A stretch of DNA of 64,000 bases from Auanema rhodensis. Its lineage: Eukaryota > Animalia > Nematoda. Numbering within the stretch: the first letter of the stretch is position 1; each line of letters opens with the position of its first letter. The stretch lies in the NCBI GenBank assembly GCA_964057225.1, contig OZ059899.1:11284001-11348000 (forward strand), in the 5' to 3' direction. The notes under the pieces are model-generated. The model made no database searches. It was not told where the DNA came from and saw nothing but the letters and a program-made list of their open reading frames with translations. Positions 26,370 to 35,400 of the stretch are shown one piece after another. Position numbers and translations under genes: made by a program.

Positions 26370-26959
26370 TACGAAAGTACGAAATAACAAAGCGCTGATT
26401 ATAGGAAACGTGAATGAATGCAGATATTCTCAATTCCGATTCATTAACTAGATCGTGGTCAGCATTTTACAACATTGATAAAATAGAAACTGAGAAAAAA
26501 ACATCAACAAATGACACTATTAACTTGGTTTTTTGAACAGCTTTTTTATATTTTTTTTTCACTATGAGAGAACTTATATTTATTGCTTTTTCAAAATTTT
26601 CCATTTTTAACATTATACATCTTGACTATCACACATTGAGAACAACAGTTGGCAATGTTGGTTGTCACGTCATATTTCATGCAGTTAGATTTTCAGACAC
26701 ATTAATACCTTTGACCATTCTTCTCATGAGTTTTGTAACGATAGATCGTAATAGGAAATGAATTGCTATAATATGAAAAAATACAAGACATAGTCAACAT
26801 TGATTTCCCCAAATAGTATCATGTTTGCTTGTTATTCAATTAGAACACTTATTTTTTGATTGTTTTCTTCAAATATTCTTTTTTTTTTTAACAAAGTTAT
26901 GACTGAGATCAAAATTTGAACTTACTTTTGAACAATTAAACAGAAATTTAAAAAATATT

Positions 26960-27033
26960 TGCCGCCAGCAGGGGTCGAACCTGCGACCTTGGAATTATTA
27001 GACCCACGCTCTAACCGACTGAGCTATGGCGGC
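26960..27033 (-). tRNA. tRNA-Ile(AAT) variant with weakened anticodon stem (G39C40>UU)
   Basis: GC>AA at 26993-94. Confidence 0.75.
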
Positions 27034-27626
27034 TACGAAAGTACGAAATAACAAAGCGCTGATTATAGTAAACGTGAATGAATGCAGATATTCTCAATTC
27101 CGATTCATTAACTAGATCGTGGTCAGCATTTTACAACATTGATAAAATAGAAACTGAGAAAAAAACATCAACAAATGACACTATTAACTTGGTTTTTTGA
27201 ACAGCTTTTTTATATTTCTTTTTTCACTATGAGAGAACTTATATTTATTGCTTTTTCAAAATTTTCCATTTTTAACATTATGCATCTTGACTATCACACA
27301 TTGAGAACAACAGATGGCAATGTTGGTTGTCACGTCATATTTCATGCAGTTAGATTTTCAGACACATTAATACCTTTGACCATTCTTCTTATGAGTTTTG
27401 TAACGATAGATCGTAATAGGAAATGAATTGCTATAATATGAAAAAATACAAGACATAGTCAACATTGATTTCCCCAAATAGTATCATGTTTGCTTGTTAT
27501 TCAATTAGAACACTTATTTTTTGATTGTTTTCTTGAAATATTCTTTTTTTTTCTTTAACAAAGTTATGACTGAGATCAAAATTTGAACTTACTTTTGAAC
27601 AATTGAACAGAAATTTAAAAAATATT

Positions 27627-27700
27627 TGCCGCCAGCAGGGGTCGAACCTGCGACCTTGGGCTTATTAGACCCACGCTCTAACCGACTGAGCTATGGCGGC
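27627..27700 (-). tRNA. tRNA-Ile(AAT)
   Basis: Array copy. Confidence 0.95.
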
Positions 27701-28289
27701 TACGAAAGTACGAAATAACAAAGCGCTGATTATAGGAAACGTGAATGAATGCAGATATTCTCAATTCCGATTCATTAACTAGATCGTGGTCAGCATTTTA
27801 CAACATTGATAAAATAGAAACTGAGAAAAAAACATCAACAAATGACACTATTAACTTGGTTTTTTGAACAGCTTTTTTATATTTTTTTTTCACTATGAGA
27901 GAACTTATATTTATTGCTTTTTCAAAATTTTCCATTTTTAACATTATACATCTTGACTATCACACATTGAGAACAACAGTTGGTAATGTTGGTTGTCACG
28001 TCATATTTCATGCAGTTAGATTTTCAGACACATTAACACCTTTGACCATTCTTCTTATGAGTTTTGTAACGATAGATCGTAATAGGAAATGAATTGCTAT
28101 AATTTGAAAAAATACAAGACATAGTCAACATTGATTTCCCCAAATAGTATCATGTTTGCTTGTTATTCAATTAGAACACTTATTTTTTGATTGTTTTCTT
28201 CAAATATTCTTTTTTTTTTAACAAAGTTATGACTGAGATCAAAATTTGAACTTACTTTTGAACAATTAAACAGAAATTTAAAAAATATT

Positions 28290-28363
28290 TGCCGCCAGCA
28301 GGGGTCGAACCTGCGACCTTGGGCTTATTAGACCCACGCTCTAACCGACTGAGCTATGGCGGC
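28290..28363 (-). tRNA. tRNA-Ile(AAT)
   Basis: Array copy. Confidence 0.95.
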
Positions 28364-28903
28364 TACGAAAGTACGAAATAACAAAGCGCTGATTATAGGA
28401 AACGTGAATGAATGCAGATATTCTCAATTCCGATTCATTAACTAGATCGTGGTCAGCATTTTACAACATTGATAAAATAGAAACTGAGAAAAAAACATCA
28501 ACAAATGACACTATTAACTTGGTTTTTTGAACAGCTTTTTTATATTTCTTTTTTCACTATGAGAGAACTTATATTTATTGCTTTTTCAAAATTTTCCATT
28601 TTTAACATTATACATCTTGACTATCACACATTGAGAACAACAGTTGGCAATGTTGGTTGTCACGTCATATTTCATGCAGTTAGATTTTCAGACACATTAA
28701 TACCTTTGACCATTCTTCTTATGAGTTTTGTAACGATAGATCGTAATAGGAAATGAATTGCTATAATATGAAAAAATACAAGACATAGTCAACATTGATT
28801 TCCCCAAATAGTATCATGTTTGCTTGTTATTTAATTAGAACACTTATTTTCTGATTGTTTTCTTGAAATATTCTTTTTTTTTCTTTAACAAAGTTATGAC
28901 TGA

Positions 28904-29261
28904 CGTTCCATTCGGATGATCAATGCATTACATTCATATGACGAAGCTGTAGCAGGCGGGTTAGAGTCAGAGAATGCGAGACTGAGAGAAGACGACCCGC
29001 CCTTTTCCATATTACAACACTTCAGCTTTGCCTCAGGGACGATCATGGATGGTTGGTCGTTCTCTCTCTGTTCTCTATTAGTTTAACCTTTACTTAGTTA
29101 TATGTATCTTATTGTAATCACGTAGATATAATAAACCAATCTTTCTCGAGTCTTATGTTTATCCTTATGCTCCATGTTTAACCGCTACATCTGGAATACT
29201 ACCACGCTCATCTTGTAGACTCGATTGGTCTGTAAGATCGACGCGGGAGCATAACGGAACG
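28904..29261 (+). repeat. Element B 5' LTR (358 bp)
   Basis: CGTTCC...GGAACG. Differs from the 3' LTR by 4 substitutions and one 3-bp indel. Confidence 0.95.
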
Positions 29262-29274
29262 TGGAGGTTCCACC
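29262..29274 (+). promoter_or_regulatory. Element B primer-binding site (tRNA-Gln)
   Basis: TGGAGGTTCCACC directly after the LTR. Confidence 0.88.
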
Positions 29275-29366
29275 TCGAACTTATCACAATTTTTTTTTCT
29301 TCCTTCTCTCTAATGTTTGTGTTGTTAATTTATTTTCAAATCTCTTTCATCTCTCTTTTTCTCATA

Positions 29367-30030
29367 CCATCTACTCTATGTCTTAACACAATACGGAGGG
29401 GCCAACAACGTTAAATGGGAACAGAGGCAAGGAATCCTTTTTTTTTTTTTAAAGAAGGATTATACGTTTCGAGATTATTATTTTCCCGTTTGTTCACAAA
29501 AATTCTTTCGTCTGAACCTTTAAATTTCGTATCCTTGCTTATAACATCTGAAATGCTCTGTTACCCAACCTTGAAGCTTGATGAGGGCTTTAGGCTGAAT
29601 TAGTGAACAAATTCACCTAAAGTAATTGTTATTTTGTATTTCCCACGCCTTCTCCTTTTTAAGGATTAATTTTGGCTTGAAGGAAAGAATAACTTCGGTT
29701 ATATCTTTATATTTCGTGGATGAAGTTTGTTTTGCGATCAGGACTATTTTATTTTGCGTTACGATTTCGTTCAGACAAATTTTGCTTCTAACATCCTAAA
29801 TTTATAATCAGTACGCATGAAAAAAATTACACGGGAAACCTCACCAAAAAGGGAGGATTGTTAAATTATAGATCGCTATAGTCCGAAAAATCCTGTTGAA
29901 AAATGTTATCTCGAATTTGAATCATGATTAACACAGGTCGTGTTGGCTAAAGCATATCGGTTTGGATTTTCTCCCCTTACTGAATGTCACTTTCCTCATA
30001 CCGTTATTGTTGTTCAGAAGCATAAGACTC
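29367..30030 (+). ncRNA. Conserved structured cis-RNA in the element B leader (predicted, several pseudoknots)
   Basis: Non-coding blocks conserved with element D are pairwise complementary; some changes are compensatory. Confidence 0.7.
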
Positions 30031-30774
30031 ACGCATTGAACCTTATTCCAACTTTAATACTAGTTCTTGTAATATTTAGCCATTTAACTCTGCTTTTATT
30101 TCAAAATTCGATTTCTGATCACGAAATACCTACATTCATCATTGCGAAACGCTCTTTTGTAAAACTAATATTGCGAATCCCATGACTTTTGTTACAACGA
30201 AACATGCGAGCTACACCAAACGTATTTGAAAACCAGATTGTAAAGAAACAAAAAAATTATTTTTGGTCACAAAAGAGAAATTGGTGCACATTTATTGTTA
30301 AACTGCTCTTTTATCAAAAGCATGTTACGAATTACACCATAAGTTTTGTTGCAAGATGACACACCACATGGCCGAGAAACTAGTGTAACAAAACATAAGT
30401 TTAGTCAGCATGAGGAAAATGGTTGCATACAAATCAGTAAAATGTGCTGTAATTGAACGAATATTACGAATTACACTAAACGTTTTCGTAAAATAACAGC
30501 TTGGTCACCCCAGATGTTTTGTGAATCAGATTTTCAACTACAGAGAAAATACGGAGAGCACCAGAGTCCCGATATCACACAGTAGAAGGCGGATCCATCG
30601 CCATTGGCCAAGGCATCGACCTCATTCTCACAAGTCGATACGACACCGGTCGCTCTCCAAAGCCTTTCTCATTTTGCCTACATCCTCATCCTTATTCACC
30701 GCATTCTTTAACGTCTCAACATCCCACACGTTACCAAGCACTCAAGGTTTTTTCAAACCAAGAGTTCTAGCAAG

Positions 30775-32406
30775 GTGGCTAAGAGATTCCATTCAGCCGT
30801 ACCTATAAGTACGCATTTCGATTCCCAAGACTCAGCTCCCTTTACCAGAAGTCGAGCTCAAGCTCAAGACGTCGCTATATTAGAAGAGGAGCAGAAAGTC
30901 GACAAGAAGCCGGATAATTTCCTTATTCCTACTACTGATTCTGTCTCACCTACTGAACAACTAGGCAACCCGGACTACGTACCTACTATAGAAGAAGAGC
31001 TATCAATCATTGTTAAGGAACAAACACCGATCACTCCTAAAAAGGTACGCTCCTCTAATTCTAATAAAAATAAGAAAAATCAAAACATCAGCTACGCTTC
31101 TCTCTCTCTCTCATTAACCGAACCAACCGATTCCCCTTTACTTTCAAAAACTTCTAGCGCGGGTGGGCTTAGTTCTCTTAGAAACATTGTTACTGATCTT
31201 TTTAACCTTTCGCCTAAAGATAAAACTTTCAACACCAAGCGCAAAAGCAGATATTCATCAGTTCCCAATTATAATATCTCACCAATTCAACCACCTGCGC
31301 CAAATACCAGTATTCATCAAACTTCTACTCCCATCTTAACAACAACAGACTCACTTCCTAAGGCACCCAATAGACCTATTCCATCCACGCAAACAACCCC
31401 TATTTTGGAGACCCCACCAATAACAGGTAGAACGATCAAAATACCATCTACCCGTACGAATAACATCATGACGGAAGCTGTTTTCTCATTACCTGGGGCA
31501 GGGAAAACAACAATCGCGCAAGCCTTACTTTCGCCTTACTGTCCAACTTACGACGGCAGTCGTAACTTCCGTGATTTTACGGGTAAATTCAACTTGTTTG
31601 CTAATGCCATTGGCCTTGTTATCCCTGAAAGGTTAGCACTTCTTCCTTTGCTTCTCAAAAATGAAGCAGCAGAAGAAGCTTACAGACAATTTCCTGAACA
31701 ACTTAAAACAACTGGTTCGTGGAATGATCTGATTAGAGCACTAACATCGAAGCTCTGCCCTGAATATAACCAAGACCCTGCACTTATTAACCTTCAAAAC
31801 ACCACGCAAGGGGAATTGACAATTGATGCATACGCCCAAGCATTAAGAACAATGGCATTGAGTGCATTTGCATCTGATGACCCACATAAAGATCAAATAC
31901 TGAGATCAACATTCCTCAGAGGACTTAAAAATTCTCTAAAACCAGCTGTGATCCGAGCAAAGCCAAAATCCTTCACAGAAGCGAATGAAGCAGCTCGCTG
32001 GGAGGAATCGATAGTGAACCAAACAACAGACACGCAATCGATGTTGGTCAACGCTGTGAACAAAGCACTAGCATCCTTTGCGCGTAATGATGAGAGACGA
32101 GATAGCCAAACATTTAATCGCAATTATCAACGCGATAACCAAATGATAAGAAACAATCAAAATTATCAAAATAATCAAAATTATCAAAAAAATAAAAACT
32201 TTTCTAATTTCAATAATAATCGAAACCGTTACGGTTCTTTCGCTAATAATAATCGCCGTACAAATTATAACGAACAAGATAATAGGCAATCGAGTTCTGA
32301 CGTGCAGTCACCGAAGGATGTTCTTTCCCGCTGGATCAAGATCGGATCAACGAAGTTGAAGATTATGAAACAGTATTGCTTCACATTTGTCCATATACTT
32401 TCCTAA
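30775..32406 (+). CDS. gag: Gag of element B: S/T/P-rich N-extension, capsid-like domain, N/R-rich tail. GTG start as annotated; frame conserved from 30712; C-terminus scrambled by a deletion.
   Basis: Retrotransposon-gag-like motifs (PTYDGS; LQNTTQGELTIDAYAQALR; FLRGLK). Confidence 0.88.
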   Translation: MAKRFHSAVPISTHFDSQDSAPFTRSRAQAQDVAILEEEQKVDKKPDNFLIPTTDSVSPTEQLGNPDYVPTIEEELSIIVKEQTPITPKKVRSSNSNKNKKNQNISYASLSLSLTEPTDSPLLSKTSSAGGLSSLRNIVTDLFNLSPKDKTFNTKRKSRYSSVPNYNISPIQPPAPNTSIHQTSTPILTTTDSLPKAPNRPIPSTQTTPILETPPITGRTIKIPSTRTNNIMTEAVFSLPGAGKTTIAQALLSPYCPTYDGSRNFRDFTGKFNLFANAIGLVIPERLALLPLLLKNEAAEEAYRQFPEQLKTTGSWNDLIRALTSKLCPEYNQDPALINLQNTTQGELTIDAYAQALRTMALSAFASDDPHKDQILRSTFLRGLKNSLKPAVIRAKPKSFTEANEAARWEESIVNQTTDTQSMLVNAVNKALASFARNDERRDSQTFNRNYQRDNQMIRNNQNYQNNQNYQKNKNFSNFNNNRNRYGSFANNNRRTNYNEQDNRQSSSDVQSPKDVLSRWIKIGSTKLKIMKQYCFTFVHILS

Positions 32407-35400
32407 GACCATTAATGAGTAATCCCGGTATTACTTCAATTATTCCTATAATCAAAGGAAGACGTTTAGTAGATCCAACATACTCTCTAAAGGCATGGAT
32501 AACATCACATAAAGAAAAATTCGAATTTTTCTTCAGAATTCAAATAAATGAACATTCTGTTCGACATTTTCTCAAGCAATACGATTTCAGTGATAAAGAA
32601 GAAGCTCTGCTATATTACATAGCACAAAGAGAATTAGCCATTACTACAAAGGCAGCAATATCATACTTAACATCTGAACAGCTTCTCGAACAAATATCAG
32701 ATCGTTTGACAGTAATCGAATTCGATGAAATCATAAGGAAGAAAGAAGGTTCATATCGCGAACGAATTGAAAGCATAGCTCTCAATTTAACCAATACACC
32801 AGTTATAATTGAAGAAGGATTGACAGTTCCATCACGACAAGAAGTCCTACAAACGTTCATACAAATGCCACCAATAAGGAAACGTATACTAACTGACGAG
32901 GAAGAGAAGAAAAGCGAATTCATTAAGGCAACGATCAATTTACTAAGAGAACTAAAAACCCTCACAACAGTACGATGGAATAAAACTGCAGCATTTATTG
33001 ATGACAGAAAATTTATAAAATTGCCAGCATCACGACAATTCATGCCAAAAACAGATAAACTATTTTATGACAGGAAGAATAATTATGGAATACCGATCGG
33101 TCCACACCCTAAGCTGATCAAGCCCAGCAATCTTTCAAAGAAATTATTATTGGAAATATTTTTACCCCTGCTCAATAATGTAAAAACACCTTATACATCG
33201 AGTAGGATAACACAAGAACAACTTCAAATCTTAATGGCAGAGGAAAATGAAACAAATATTCGGCAAATCGCAACGCGGACATCCAGCGTCGCGTCAGGCG
33301 GCGCGGCTAGCGGCGCGGTTGTGACACCAGTCCAACCTTTGATCGAACAGAAGGGAACAATCCAATCAGTTACCACAATACAGCCGCAAATAACGAACAA
33401 TCCTCACACAAATGCAACAACCACCACAAGAGCACCATCATGGAGGCAACAGCCATCAACAACGGCGCCTCACACGACCGCTGCGACAACAGCACGCACA
33501 ACAACATCAACCGCTCGTTCGCCAACAACAACAAGAAGCTATGCCATATACAAAGACGCACAGATTCCAAAAATACAAGAGACAACCGAAGCCTCTCCAA
33601 CATTGATTCGAAAAAACCGAGCTTCCTCAACACCATCAGTAGAAACCTCAAATTTAGTGGAAGCAAATGCGAGATACATAGCAACGAAAATTGACTCGGT
33701 ACAAGAGTTTCGTCAAAATATATCGAACAAAATAGCCCAAGATAATTTACAGTATGCTACTACAATGATCCAAGAGGAATTGCAGAAACATTTTGAAGAA
33801 TCATACGAATCGATTTGCGAGATACAAAATCGGTATCTGGAATTATGGAAATCAATTCTACAAATTGAACCAACAATCGCAATGCGAACAATACTGGGAA
33901 GAGAAGATATAGCCGCACGGTTTGTAGGCAATGAAATTTTGCATATACATGTATGCCCTACAGTGCTAGAGAAAACCATTTATCACAATCACACCGTAAA
34001 TGGCACATGCTATCTCGAAACCCCAGTCTGGACACAAGACGGACAGTTACTGTTTGCAGCACCCGGATCCAAGGATCTTTTACCTCATGGTAAAGAAAGA
34101 AGCTGTGATCACGTACCAACAGATATCTGGTCTAGCGAAGGTGAATGGAAAGGAATTAATGGGACTGCAGACGTCAATCTTGTATCAATGTGGGACGGAC
34201 TTCATCACGAAAAAATAACACCATTAAAATTCACCGGAGCTCACTTATACACTAATTTATCGTCTCGTGTATACTCAATGACCACAGCCATAGCTTACGG
34301 TGCGAGTTTAGCATCGATTCGTCAGAATCACGTTCTTCACACAATTCACAATGATCCAAAGATATCAGCTACATTCAGTGTACTAAAGAAAAGTAGCGAC
34401 TACATATCGAAAGCTCAAGAATTCACCAAGAGCACATGGAAGTCATTCATCGATACAATTGCAGGAACGATTGAGCGAACACTAATAACGATCGGTGCAA
34501 TTACATTATTCACCATCATACTCTTTGTGATAGGTTTCATTGTAAAGATCTATTTCTTCAAACCAGTAGGCATACCAGTTATGCATATTGCACTCAAAGA
34601 TCACGACAGTGATCTACCAACATACGAAGAAACTTTGGAATTAGTTAGTCATCCGGACCAACCGATTCCAAGACACATAATGAAACAATACTATCCATCA
34701 ATGCTCACATTCATACCAATCGCACTACCATTAGTTTGCTCGATTTCCAAAAAGAAAGATCAAGCGCTACCACTTCTATGGATGACTGTTAACGATAGAC
34801 TGATCCTAACTTTATGGGACTCAGGTTCGTCCGTCAGTTACATAAGAATATCGACACTACACTACTTAGCTTTGAATGACTTTGTTAAGAAGAATACATT
34901 AAGAGCAACAACAGCGAACGGATCAGAATTTGTATTCATTGGTACTATCGACTTAACCGTCGAAATAGCCGGTTACGAAATCGACCATACATTCTTCATA
35001 TCAGACGACAAAGACTGTCCATCGCCAGCGTTGATTGGATTAGATTTCATGAAAACACTTGACTGTCAAAACATTGGCATGAAACTAAGACCATACAAAA
35101 GAACACTGGAAATTGGAAATCATGTAGTACCTTTGGCTAGCGGAATTAACGGGGATATTAACAGGATATCAAAAACTGTTAATTTGATAACCTTGGAACC
35201 GCGGAGTCTACTTCCACGACAAGTTTTTAATTTCCAAGTTCAATTAGAGAACCCAATCGGAGAAGACTTAATCGCTATGATTAAACCAAACGACAATACT
35301 CCTCTCTCACCTCGATACGACACAGCATTTCGCGATGTTAACTCCATCAATATCCAATTCCGGAACAATTCTAAAGAATTCATAGAAATACCGGCCGGCA

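Larger units (their letters stand above)
21089..28903. repeat. tRNA-Ile array, continued (11 tRNA copies)
   Basis: Same unit, resuming in register after the element A TSD. Confidence 0.98.

Noticed and set aside
29415-30185. Small ORFs in the B and D leaders
   Set aside because: The frames are not conserved between B and D; conservation follows base pairing, not codons.
30521-30808. 95-aa Arg/His-rich ORF upstream of gag as a frameshift partner
   Set aside because: It has a GTG start, the frame is not conserved in D, and there is no shared slippery heptamer.
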